Assembly: GCF_001644705.1 (NCBI RefSeq)
Contig: NZ_CP015137.1
Location: 3,540,001-3,572,000, forward strand
Origin: Dickeya solani IPO 2222
GTDB taxonomy: Bacteria > Pseudomonadota > Gammaproteobacteria > Enterobacterales > Enterobacteriaceae
Direction: 5' to 3'
DNA length: 32,000 nucleotides
Numbering within the stretch: position 1 is the first letter of the stretch; every line of letters starts with the position of its first letter. This document shows, in pieces, positions 21,595 to 29,384 of this stretch. A program made the position numbers and the translations under genes. A model generated the notes under the pieces. It was not told the DNA's origin, did no database searches, and was given only the letters and a program-made list of their open reading frames with translations.

Positions 21595-22419
21595 ATGAGC
21601 AGTAACTTCAGGCATCACGTGTTGAGTCTGTCGTTACTGGTTGGCGTAGTGGCCCCCTGGGCCGCTACTGCCCAGGCGCCAATCAGTAATGTCGGCTCTG
21701 GCTCGGTAGAAGATCGAGTCACTCAGCTGGAGCGTATCTCTAACGCTCACAGTCAGTTATTAACCCAACTTCAGCAACAACTCGCCGACACTCAGCGCGA
21801 TATCGATGGCTTGCGCGGTCAGATCCAGGAAAATCAATATCAGTTGAATCAGGTCGTTGAGCGTCAGAAACAGATCTATCAGCAGATTGACAGCCTGGGT
21901 TCTCAAAGCGGCGGCCAGTCTTCTTCTGCAGCGTCATCAGCGGCAGGGGCGGGCAACGCGGCGGCATCTGCGCCGGCGGCAACCAGTGATACGGGAGCGG
22001 CAAACAGCGCCAGCGCTGATTCGGCAGCGGCACCGGCCATGACTGGCGATGCTAATACCGATTACAACACGGCGGCATCGCTGGTGTTGGAAAAAAAGCA
22101 GTATGATCAGGCAATCCTGGCGTTTCAAAATTTCGTCAAGAAATACCCTGATTCAACTTACCAGCCGAATGCCAACTACTGGTTAGGGCAGTTGTTCTAC
22201 AACAAGGGTAAGAAAGACGATGCGGCGTATTATTTCGCCAACGTTGTCAAAAATTACCCCAAATCGCCCAAAGCTTCGGAAGCCATGTTTAAGGTTGGCG
22301 TCATCATGCAGGAAAAAGGTCAGACTGATAAGGCCAAGGCAGTCTACCAACAGGTGGTAAAAACCTACCCCAATACTGATGGCGCCAAACAGGCTCAGAA
22401 GCGTTTAGCCGGTTTGTAA
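21595..22419 (+). CDS. cpoB: Cell division coordinator CpoB (YbgF), TPR protein
   Basis: 274 aa. MSSNFRHHVLSLSLLVGVVAPWAATAQAPISNVGSGSVEDRVTQLERISNAHSQLLTQLQQQL is nearly identical to the E. coli CpoB N-terminus. There is a variable Ser/Ala-rich linker and a C-terminal TPR region. Confidence 0.95.
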   Translation: MSSNFRHHVLSLSLLVGVVAPWAATAQAPISNVGSGSVEDRVTQLERISNAHSQLLTQLQQQLADTQRDIDGLRGQIQENQYQLNQVVERQKQIYQQIDSLGSQSGGQSSSAASSAAGAGNAAASAPAATSDTGAANSASADSAAAPAMTGDANTDYNTAASLVLEKKQYDQAILAFQNFVKKYPDSTYQPNANYWLGQLFYNKGKKDDAAYYFANVVKNYPKSPKASEAMFKVGVIMQEKGQTDKAKAVYQQVVKTYPNTDGAKQAQKRLAGL

Positions 22420-22427
22420 TTCCCTTT

Positions 22428-22468
22428 CTGGTGCAAAAATTGTGCGATATGCGTGGTTTTTGCGCCAG
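22428..22468 (+). other. Stem-loop downstream of cpoB (possible weak terminator or RNA end)
   Basis: ctggtgcaaaaa (22428-22439) pairs with tttttgcgccag (22457-22468), giving 12 bp with one G-T pair and a 17-nt loop. No T-run follows. Confidence 0.35.
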
Positions 22469-22513
22469 AACGTTCAAGGGATAAGCAGTTGGATTTTTTT
22501 TTCGGAAAATAGG

Positions 22514-22541
22514 TTGCACAGAAAAATTATATTAGTAATAT
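22514..22541 (+). promoter_or_regulatory. Sigma70 promoter of the tRNA-Lys operon, with an A/T-rich UP-like region and a GC-rich discriminator
   Basis: ttgcac (22514-22519), 16-nt spacer, taatat (22536-22541), then atgccgccg, a stringent-type discriminator. A T/A-rich tract lies upstream at 22491-22513. The first tRNA starts about 45 nt downstream. Confidence 0.55.
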
Positions 22542-22592
22542 ATGCCGCCGTTGCCAAGGCGATGCTGAATCGCTAAAAGCAGCAAGATGTTT

Positions 22593-22668
22593 GGGTCGTT
22601 AGCTCAGTCGGTAGAGCAGTTGACTTTTAATCAATTGGTCGCAGGTTCGAATCCTGCACGACCCACCA
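22593..22668 (+). tRNA. tRNA-Lys (anticodon UUU)
   Basis: 76 nt forming a cloverleaf. Acceptor GGGTCGT/ACGACCC, D arm GCTC-AGTCGGTA-GAGC, anticodon loop CTTTTAA, T arm GCAGG-TTCGAAT-CCTGC, encoded CCA. It is nearly identical to E. coli tRNA-Lys. Confidence 0.97.
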
Positions 22669-22703
22669 AAACAAAAGAATCTCTGTGTAGCATATCTCGT
22701 AGC

Positions 22704-22779
22704 GGGTCGTTAGCTCAGTCGGTAGAGCAGTTGACTTTTAATCAATTGGTCGCAGGTTCGAATCCTGCACGACCCACCA
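22704..22779 (+). tRNA. tRNA-Lys (anticodon UUU), second identical copy
   Basis: Its 76 nt are identical to 22593-22668. A 35-nt spacer separates the two genes. Confidence 0.97.
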
Positions 22780-23232
22780 CCGCTAAATAAATCACTCTCC
22801 TTTAATTCGCTCCCTGCTATTTCAGACATTACGCTGTCGTGCAGGTGAGAAGCTGCGTTCAGGTTCGAGCCGAGCGAAGCGAGACAACAGCGCTCAGCGC
22901 TGGCCCGAAGGGCGAGGCCGCAGGCCGAGTCATCCTGCACGACCCACCACCGCTAAATAAATCACTCCTTTTTAATTCGCTCACTGCTGTTTCAGACATC
23001 ACGCTGTCGTGCAGGTGAGAAGCTGCGTTCAGGTTCGAGTCGAGTGGTAGCGAGACAACAGCGCGTAGCGCTGGCCCGAAGGGCGAGGCCGCAGGCCGAG
23101 TCATCCTGCACGACCCACCACCGCTAAATAAATCACCTTCTTTAATTCACTCACTGCTGTTTCAGACATCACGCTGTCGTGCAGGTGAGAAGCTGCGTTC
23201 AGGTTCGAGTCGAGTAGTAGCGAGACAACAGC
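22780..23232 (+). repeat. tRNA-linked tandem repeat: 170-nt, 171-nt and truncated 112-nt units, each full unit ending in the last 18 nt of tRNA-Lys (possible rtT-like ncRNA array)
   Basis: Units span 22780-22949, 22950-23120 and 23121-23232, all starting ccgctaaataaatcac. The full units end atcctgcacgacccacca, which equals tRNA positions 59-76. Units are more than 90% identical by eye. Confidence 0.9.
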
Positions 23233-23391
23233 ACGTCATCTCTTCATGTGGTTTTTTGTTATATCTCTTTTTGCTTTAGACCGGTTTAATCACATCACCG
23301 CATTTGGCGTATAGTAAAGGCTTCTTTTTTGACTGATGGCGATATTCCTTCGCAATCTGGCAGGTCGAAGGGTGAGCCTTAAGAGATATTG

Positions 23392-24111
23392 ATGATGATT
23401 GGTCCGGTTATCAATGGCGCTGCCATTCTGATTGGTGGCGCATTGGGCGTGGCGTTGCACCGTTTTATTCCTCAGCGTATGCGTGATGGTTTACCGCCTG
23501 CGTTCGCCATGGTGTCTATCGCCATGGGGATAACGCTGGTGGTAAAAGTTCACCAGCTCCCTGCGGTTGCACTGGCGATTATTCTGGGGGTAGGGATCGG
23601 CGAGTTGCTGCGGCTTGAAGCCGGCGTCCAGAAAGGGGCGATACTGATTGAACGCTTGCTGAGTCGGTTTGTACCGCTGCCGGAACATAAGTTACCGCAG
23701 GATGTGTACACCCAGAACTTTACCGCGTTGATTGTGTTGTTCTGCGCCAGCGGCACCGGTGTGGTCGGCGCGATGACTGAAGGGCTGACCGGCGACTACC
23801 AACTGCTAATCATTAAGTCGGCGCTCGACATTTTTACGGCGCTGATTTTCGCCATCACGTTGGGCGTCGCGGTGATGTCGATTGCCGTTCCGCAGTTTCT
23901 GGTGCAGACGCTGCTGTTTTTCTCCGCCAGACTCATTATGCCGTTTATGAATGACATCACCATGGGGGATTTTGCCGCTTGCGGCGGTATTGTGATGATG
24001 GCTGTCGGGTTGCGTATCGCCCAGATTAAAACCTTCGCCGTGGTTAACTTCCTGCCGGCGCTAGTGCTGATTATTCCTTTCTCCCTTTACTGGCACCGCC
24101 TGTTTCCCTGA
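23392..24111 (+). CDS. DUF554 family inner-membrane protein (YqgA/YdfK-like)
   Basis: About 239 aa and polytopic. M(M)IGPVINGAAILIGGALG..., VLFCASGTGVVGAMTEGLTGD and FLPALVL resemble E. coli YqgA as recalled. The start could be ATG 23392 or 23395 (the track used TTG 23389). aagaga lies upstream. Confidence 0.75.
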   Translation: MMIGPVINGAAILIGGALGVALHRFIPQRMRDGLPPAFAMVSIAMGITLVVKVHQLPAVALAIILGVGIGELLRLEAGVQKGAILIERLLSRFVPLPEHKLPQDVYTQNFTALIVLFCASGTGVVGAMTEGLTGDYQLLIIKSALDIFTALIFAITLGVAVMSIAVPQFLVQTLLFFSARLIMPFMNDITMGDFAACGGIVMMAVGLRIAQIKTFAVVNFLPALVLIIPFSLYWHRLFP

Positions 24112-24120
24112 TCGCGCGCG

Positions 24121-24140
24121 GGCGGCCTGTTCCGGCCGCC
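24121..24140 (+). terminator. Possible terminator hairpin after the DUF554 gene
   Basis: ggcggcc (24121-24127), loop tgttcc, ggccgcc (24134-24140). The T tract that follows is poor (ttgcat). Confidence 0.35.
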
Positions 24141-24243
24141 TTGCATCCAGCGGTATCATATTTTTAATAAATTAAACACATTTAGCCTTTCTGAAATTTC
24201 TAATTAAAGAAATAGCAGATTTTATGACGCTATTGCTATATTT

Positions 24244-24261
24244 TGTTTAGTGTATAAAACA
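24244..24261. promoter_or_regulatory. Candidate NadR operator (NAD box) upstream of nadA-pnuC
   Basis: TGTTTA-gtgtat-AAAACA is an imperfect 18-bp palindrome built on the TGTTTA half-site I recall for enterobacterial NadR. It is adjacent to a tatatt -10-like hexamer (24237-24242) and lies 50 nt upstream of the nadA ATG. Confidence 0.45.
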
Positions 24262-24310
24262 AGAATCCCGATAATGACATTGCCCTAACACCTGCAACCG
24301 CACGGAACCC

Positions 24311-25360
24311 ATGATGAGCCTGTTTCTTGAACCACCTGTTATCGATTACCCTTTTCCCGCAAAGCCCAGGCGGCTATCAGAAGGGGAAAAGCAACAGCTC
24401 CGTCACCGTATTAAAAACCTGCTGAAAGAGCGCAATGCGGTGCTGGTGGCGCACTATTACACTGACCCGGAGATTCAGTCGCTTGCCGAAGAGACCGGCG
24501 GCTGTGTGGCGGACTCGCTGGAAATGGCGCGTTTCGGCCGTACCCATTCCGCCAGTACGCTGCTCGTCGCCGGCGTCAGGTTTATGGGGGAGACGGCAAA
24601 GATACTCAGCCCGGAGAAGACCGTGCTGATGCCGACGCTGCAAGCGGAATGCTCGTTGGATTTGGGTTGCCCGGTTGACGCGTTCAGCGCCTTTTGCGAT
24701 AGCCATCCGGATCGCACCGTAGTGGTGTACGCCAACACGTCGGCGGCGGTTAAAGCCCGGGCGGACTGGGTGGTGACGTCCAGCATTGCCGTGGAGTTGA
24801 TCGAACATTTGGACAGCCTGGGGGAAAAGATTATCTGGGCGCCGGACCGCCACCTTGGGCACTACGTGCAAAAGCAGACCGGCGCAGACGTGCTGTGCTG
24901 GCAGGGGGCTTGTATTGTGCATGACGAATTCAAGACCCAGGCGCTGAAACGAATGAAAGCGCTGTATCCGCAGGCGGCGGTGCTGGTTCACCCTGAGTCG
25001 CCTCAAAGCATAGTGGCGATGGCGGATGCCGTGGGATCGACCAGCCAGTTGATTCAGGCAGCGAAGCAGCTACCGCACCGTGAACTCATTGTGGCGACCG
25101 ATCGCGGTATCTTCTACAAGATGCAGCAAGCCTGCCCGGATAAAGTGTTGCTGGAGGCGCCTACCGCGGGGGAAGGGGCGACCTGTCGCAGCTGCGCGCA
25201 TTGCCCGTGGATGGCGATGAACGGGCTACAGGCGATTGCCTCAGCGCTGGAGCAGCAGGATACGCTCCATCATGCCATTGAGGTGGATGCCGATGTTCGT
25301 GAGCGTGCGCTGGCGCCGCTCAATCGGATGCTGGATTTTGCTGTTAAACTCAGATCATAG
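24311..25360 (+). CDS. nadA: Quinolinate synthase A
   Basis: 349 aa. [45 protein letters not shown], and the Fe-S Cys motif [17 protein letters not shown] are as in E. coli NadA. Confidence 0.96.
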   Translation: MMSLFLEPPVIDYPFPAKPRRLSEGEKQQLRHRIKNLLKERNAVLVAHYYTDPEIQSLAEETGGCVADSLEMARFGRTHSASTLLVAGVRFMGETAKILSPEKTVLMPTLQAECSLDLGCPVDAFSAFCDSHPDRTVVVYANTSAAVKARADWVVTSSIAVELIEHLDSLGEKIIWAPDRHLGHYVQKQTGADVLCWQGACIVHDEFKTQALKRMKALYPQAAVLVHPESPQSIVAMADAVGSTSQLIQAAKQLPHRELIVATDRGIFYKMQQACPDKVLLEAPTAGEGATCRSCAHCPWMAMNGLQAIASALEQQDTLHHAIEVDADVRERALAPLNRMLDFAVKLRS

Positions 25361-25382
25361 TGAATGTCATTCAGGAGCAGAA

Positions 25383-26108
25383 ATGGATTTTTTTAGTACC
25401 AGTAATATTCTGGTTCACATCCCGTTAGGGGACAACGGTTATGATCTCTCCTGGGTCGAGGCATTGGGGACGTTATCGGGGCTGGTGTGCATTTGGCTGG
25501 CCAGTCTGGAAAAAACCGCAAATTACCTATTTGGCCTGGTCAATGTGTCGTTGTTTGCGCTGATATTCTTCCAGATACAACTGTATGCCAGCCTGCTGCT
25601 ACAGATTTTCTTTATTGCAGCCAATGTGTATGGCTGGTACGCCTGGAGTCGCACTACCGACGAGCAGGAGACGGAATTGCGGGTTCGCTGGCTCTCGCGC
25701 CGTCAAGCGCTGTGGTGGGGCGCCGGGTGCGTGATTGCTACTGTGTTGATGTCGCGTTATATCGACCCGTTTTTTGCCTTGCTGAGCCGGATTGCGGTGA
25801 CGCTGATGCAGGCTGTCGGTTTGGATGTGACGATGCCGACATTGCAGCCGGACGCTTTTCCATTCTGGGATTCGGCCATGACGGTACTGTCAGTGGCGGC
25901 CATGCTGCTAATGACCCGCAAATATGTGGAGAACTGGCTCCTGTGGGTGGTGATCGACATCATCAGCGTGGTGATTTTCGCTTATCAGGGCGTCTATGCC
26001 ATGTCGTTGCAGTACATGGTGCTGACGCTGATTGCCCTTAACGGCTCCTGGCTGTGGATGAAAGGTGCCCGGGATAATCACTCGCGGCCGCTGGCGCGAG
26101 CGCTATAA
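25383..26108 (+). CDS. pnuC: Nicotinamide riboside transporter PnuC
   Basis: The ATG at 25383, preceded by caggagcag, gives 241 aa, MDFFSTSNILVHIPLG..GYDLSW.EA.GT, matching the E. coli PnuC start. The track start at 25236 would overlap nadA by 125 nt. Confidence 0.93.
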   Translation: MDFFSTSNILVHIPLGDNGYDLSWVEALGTLSGLVCIWLASLEKTANYLFGLVNVSLFALIFFQIQLYASLLLQIFFIAANVYGWYAWSRTTDEQETELRVRWLSRRQALWWGAGCVIATVLMSRYIDPFFALLSRIAVTLMQAVGLDVTMPTLQPDAFPFWDSAMTVLSVAAMLLMTRKYVENWLLWVVIDIISVVIFAYQGVYAMSLQYMVLTLIALNGSWLWMKGARDNHSRPLARAL

Positions 26109-26114
26109 AACGGG

Positions 26115-26146
26115 GGTTCGCGCTGTCATGACGGACGGCGCGAACC
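26115..26146. terminator. Hairpin between convergent pnuC and zitB (possible bidirectional terminator)
   Basis: ggttcgcgc (26115-26123) pairs with gcgcgaacc (26138-26146). The 14-nt loop contains the palindrome gtcatgac. There are no flanking T/A runs. Confidence 0.4.
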
Positions 26147-26153
26147 TGCGTGG

Positions 26154-27089
26154 TCAATGCGAGTGGCTGTGTGGCTGGTCGCCAGTCTGATACTGGATAT
26201 CACAATGGTCGTCGTCGCACGGCTGATACTCAATCTGGATCGTGGTATGGGCAATTTGATAATGATCCAGCAGATAGTGCTGAATACGCTGTAACAATGC
26301 ATCGTAGTCGTGTGGTGGCGTGACCTGGACATGTAGCGTCATCAGCGGTTTTTCGCCCACCTGCCATAAGTGGACATGGTGCACATTGCGTATTTCCGGG
26401 ATATCCGCGGTCAGTTTTATTTTCAGTTGTTCGACATTGATGCGGGTAGGCGTACCCTCCAGCAATTCATGCACGCTCTCTTTCATCAGCCGCCAGGCGC
26501 TGCGCAGCACCAGTACCGATACCAGTACCGACAGGATCGGGTCAATCGGGGTCCAGCCGGTAAACATGATAATCAGCGCGGCGCCGATAGCGCCCACGGA
26601 GCCCAGCAGGTCGCCCATGACATGCAGCGCCGCTGCCCGCACGTTGATATTCTTTTCGCCGCTGCCGCGATGCAATAGCCACAGCGCCACCAGATTGGCA
26701 ATCAGGCCGCCGACGGCAATCAGCAGCATCGGTGTGCTGGCGATCGGCTGCGGAGTATAAAAGCGTTGAGCCGCTTCCCAAACGATAAACCCGGTAATCG
26801 CCAGCAGGGCTATGGCGTTGACGAACGCGGCCAGGGTGGTCAGGCGCAAATAGCCGAAGGTGTGCCGGACGGTTGGTTTGCGCTGGGCGAAGCGGACGGC
26901 CAGCAGCGCCACCAGCAGCGCGACCGCGTCGGTTAGCATGTGGCCGGCATCCGCCAGCAACGCCAGCGATCCGGACAACAGCCCGCCGACCACTTCGGCG
27001 AGCATAAAGGTGGCGGTAATGACGAAGGCCAGTTTCAGGCGCTTGATGCTGTCGTGTTCGGCTTGGTTGGCCGGGTGTGAATGAGCCAT
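26154..27089 (-). CDS. zitB: Zn(II)/Cd(II) efflux cation diffusion facilitator ZitB
   Basis: The ATG at 27089, preceded by AGGA, gives 311 aa, MAHSHP..., matching the E. coli ZitB N-terminus [22 protein letters not shown] and [15 protein letters not shown] are conserved, and the C-terminal tail is His-rich. The track start at 27152 adds 21 residues that are not conserved. Confidence 0.9.
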   Translation of the reverse strand: MAHSHPANQAEHDSIKRLKLAFVITATFMLAEVVGGLLSGSLALLADAGHMLTDAVALLVALLAVRFAQRKPTVRHTFGYLRLTTLAAFVNAIALLAITGFIVWEAAQRFYTPQPIASTPMLLIAVGGLIANLVALWLLHRGSGEKNINVRAAALHVMGDLLGSVGAIGAALIIMFTGWTPIDPILSVLVSVLVLRSAWRLMKESVHELLEGTPTRINVEQLKIKLTADIPEIRNVHHVHLWQVGEKPLMTLHVQVTPPHDYDALLQRIQHYLLDHYQIAHTTIQIEYQPCDDDHCDIQYQTGDQPHSHSH

Positions 27090-27249
27090 GGCATATCCTG
27101 TATCAGGTTGATTAATCCGGCGTAACGCCGCCCTGTTCGGTCGACGGCCCACCGGCTGACGCCCGTGGTCGGTATGACCGAACTGCTCCCAGAGCCGATG
27201 ACTACAGCAGTAAAAACATGTGGGTATTATTGCGCCATTTTTTAGCCGC

Positions 27250-27277
27250 TTGACTTATAATAGCCAGCCTGCAATAT
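27250..27277 (+). promoter_or_regulatory. Candidate sigma70 promoter for aroG
   Basis: ttgact (27250-27255), 16-nt spacer, caatat (27272-27277). A tataat hexamer directly abuts the -35 (27256-27261), so the geometry is ambiguous. I could not find a clear TyrR box. Confidence 0.25.
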
Positions 27278-27361
27278 GAACGACGACGTTTTTATTTTTT
27301 CGTTTTTTACTCCGGGCAGACAGGGGATGATCGTCTGTTGCTGCGGAGACATGGACCCATT

Positions 27362-28414
27362 ATGAATTACCAGAATGACGATTTGAGAATTAAAGAAATT
27401 AAAGAGTTACTTCCCCCCGTTGCGCTGCTGGAAAAATTTCCGGCCACTGAGCGCGCAGCACAGACAGTATTTAATGCCCGCAGCGCCATTCACAAGATCC
27501 TGAAAGGCAATGACGACCGCCTGCTGGTGGTGATTGGGCCGTGTTCCATCCATGATCCGAAAGCGGCTAAAGAGTATGCGGCGCGTTTGCTGAAATTACG
27601 CGACGAACTGCATGACGATTTGGAAGTGGTGATGCGTGTTTATTTTGAAAAACCGCGCACCACCGTAGGCTGGAAAGGGCTGATCAACGATCCGCACATG
27701 GATAACAGCTTCCAGATTAACGACGGCCTGCGCATTGCGCGTCAGCTGTTGCTGGAAATCAACGACACTGGTTTGCCGGCGGCGGGTGAGTTTCTGGATA
27801 TGATCTCGCCGCAATACGTGGCGGATTTGATGAGCTGGGGGGCGATCGGCGCTCGTACCACTGAGTCTCAGGTGCACCGTGAACTGGCGTCCGGCCTGTC
27901 TTGCCCGGTTGGTTTCAAGAACGGCACCGACGGCACCATCAAGGTGGCGATTGACGCCATCAATGCCGCCCGTGCGCCGCATTGCTTCCTGTCGGTGACC
28001 AAGTGGGGCCATTCGGCGATCGTCAACACCAGCGGCAACCACGACTGCCATATCATTTTGCGCGGCGGCAAAGAGCCGAACTACAGCGCGGAACATGTGC
28101 AGGCGGTGAAAGTCGGTCTGGAAAAAGCCGGTCTGCCGACGCAGGTGATGATCGACTTCAGTCATGCCAACAGCTGCAAGCAGTTCAAAAAGCAGATGGA
28201 CGTGTGTGAAGACGTATGTCGTCAGATCGGCGGCGGCGAGCAGTCGATCATGGGCGTGATGGTGGAAAGCCATCTGGTGGAAGGCAGCCAGAATCTGGAG
28301 AGCGGCGAACCGCTGGTATACGGTAAGAGCGTCACCGATGCCTGTATCGGCTGGGATGATACCGACAGCCTGCTGCGTCAACTGGCGGCGGCGGTGCGTC
28401 AGCGTCGTGGCTGA
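27362..28414 (+). CDS. aroG: Phe-sensitive 3-deoxy-7-phosphoheptulonate (DAHP) synthase
   Basis: The ATG at 27362 gives 350 aa, MNYQNDDLRIKEIKELLPPVALLEKFPATE..., whose first 30 residues are identical to E. coli AroG and whose length is the same. The track start at 27338 adds 8 residues. Confidence 0.96.
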   Translation: MNYQNDDLRIKEIKELLPPVALLEKFPATERAAQTVFNARSAIHKILKGNDDRLLVVIGPCSIHDPKAAKEYAARLLKLRDELHDDLEVVMRVYFEKPRTTVGWKGLINDPHMDNSFQINDGLRIARQLLLEINDTGLPAAGEFLDMISPQYVADLMSWGAIGARTTESQVHRELASGLSCPVGFKNGTDGTIKVAIDAINAARAPHCFLSVTKWGHSAIVNTSGNHDCHIILRGGKEPNYSAEHVQAVKVGLEKAGLPTQVMIDFSHANSCKQFKKQMDVCEDVCRQIGGGEQSIMGVMVESHLVEGSQNLESGEPLVYGKSVTDACIGWDDTDSLLRQLAAAVRQRRG

Positions 28415-28433
28415 CAGCCCTTGTTGCACTCAT

Positions 28434-28462
28434 AAAAAAACCCGGTTTTAGCCGGGTTTTTT
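28434..28462. terminator. Bidirectional rho-independent terminator between convergent aroG and gpmA
   Basis: aaaaaaa-cccgg-ttttag-ccggg-tttttt, with an A-run and a T-run flanking the stem, so it could serve both strands. Confidence 0.8.
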
Positions 28463-28488
28463 CTTTTATACCAGATACATCAAACGAA

Positions 28489-29241
28489 TTACTTCGCTTT
28501 ACCCTGGTTGGCCACCGCAGCTGCTTTAGCAGCGATCTCGTCGGCGTTGCCCAGATAGTAGCGTTTGATAGGTTTGAAGTTTTCGTCGAATTCGTAGACC
28601 AGCGGTACCGCCGTCGGGATATTCAGCTCCAGAATTTCTTCTTCGCCCATGTTATCCAGGTATTTCACCAGCGCACGCAGCGAGTTGCCGTGAGCGGCGA
28701 TGATCACGCGCTCACCTTTCTTCAGGCGCGGCAGAATGCTTTCGTTCCAGTACGGCACCACACGTTCGATGGTCAGCGCCAGACTTTCGGTCAGCGGCAG
28801 CTCTTTGTCGCTCAGCGACGCGTAGCGCGGATCGTGGCCCGGGAAACGCTCGTCGTCACGGGTCAGTTCCGGCGGGGTGACCGCGAAGCCGCGACGCCAC
28901 AGTTTCACCTGCTCGTCACCGTATTTTTCGGCGGTTTCCGCTTTGTTCAGACCTTGCAGCGCACCGTAGTGGCGCTCGTTCAGTTTCCAGCATTTTTCCA
29001 CCGGCAGCCAGGCTTGATCCAGCTCGTCCAGCACGTTCCACAGGGTGTGAATGGCACGTTTCAGCACTGAGGTGTAGGCAAAATCAAAGCTGAAACCTTC
29101 TTCTTTCAGCAGTTTACCTGCCTGTTTGGCTTCGTTGACGCCTTTTTCGGACAGTTCAACGTCCATCCAGCCGGTGAAGCGGTTTTCGTTGTTCCACTGG
29201 CTCTCACCGTGTCGCACCAGTACCAGCTTAGTTACAGCCAT
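28489..29241 (-). CDS. gpmA: 2,3-bisphosphoglycerate-dependent phosphoglycerate mutase
   Basis: 250 aa, [24 protein letters not shown] (catalytic RHGE motif), the same length as E. coli GpmA. AGGAG lies upstream on the minus strand. Confidence 0.97.
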   Translation of the reverse strand: MAVTKLVLVRHGESQWNNENRFTGWMDVELSEKGVNEAKQAGKLLKEEGFSFDFAYTSVLKRAIHTLWNVLDELDQAWLPVEKCWKLNERHYGALQGLNKAETAEKYGDEQVKLWRRGFAVTPPELTRDDERFPGHDPRYASLSDKELPLTESLALTIERVVPYWNESILPRLKKGERVIIAAHGNSLRALVKYLDNMGEEEILELNIPTAVPLVYEFDENFKPIKRYYLGNADEIAAKAAAVANQGKAK

Positions 29242-29273
29242 AGCTTAACTCCTTCATATACTAAGATTTCTAT

Positions 29274-29316
29274 GATAACTGCTCTCATTATAGGGCCGGA
29301 GAGCGGTTATCGGCAA
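29274..29316 (-). promoter_or_regulatory. Candidate gpmA promoter with overlapping Fur-box-like sequence
   Basis: On the minus strand there is a perfect TATAAT (plus strand 29287-29292) with TTGCCG 18 nt upstream (29311-29316). tATAATGAgAgcagTTATC (revcomp of 29274-29292) matches 13 of 19 positions of the Fur consensus GATAATGATAATCATTATC. E. coli gpmA is reported to be Fur-regulated. Confidence 0.4.
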
Positions 29317-29384
29317 TCGCTAGTCGTCTGGCCGCCTGATTTATATGCCGCCATAATGATGGCAAAATAGGCGGCTTTATCGTT

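Noticed and set aside
22587-23104. ORFs of 67 aa (+), 76 aa (-) and 81 aa (-) running through the tRNA genes and the tandem repeats
   Set aside because: They read through tRNA sequence or through repeat units. The 170-nt unit breaks the frame between copies and no SD is present. The E. coli tyrT repeats were once proposed to encode a tiny basic peptide, but I see no support for coding here.
22780-23232. Whether the tRNA-adjacent repeats mark an integrated genomic island (att duplications) or a CRISPR-like array
   Set aside because: There is no integrase, excisionase or cargo within the window on either side. The units are contiguous 170-bp near-identical copies, not short repeats separated by unique spacers. 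The duplicated tRNA ends are only 170 bp apart, so the structure is a tandem duplication rather than attL/attR of an element.
25236-25382. An N-terminal extension of the pnuC ORF (290 aa version) overlapping the nadA 3' end
   Set aside because: The conserved PnuC N-terminus MDFFS starts at 25383 with a good SD. The extension overlaps nadA in another frame and has no homology.
27090-27152. A longer zitB form starting at 27152; analogous upstream extensions of aroG (27338), sdhA (3805), sdhB (5584), ybgC (16729) and sdhD (3221)
   Set aside because: In each case the E. coli-conserved N-terminus begins at the internal start chosen. The extensions are unconserved, often use TTG or GTG, and overlap the preceding gene or a promoter.
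27153-27361. A TyrR box (TGTAAA-N6-TTTACA) upstream of aroG
   Set aside because: I searched the zitB-aroG spacer by eye and found no acceptable match, so no TyrR site is reported.
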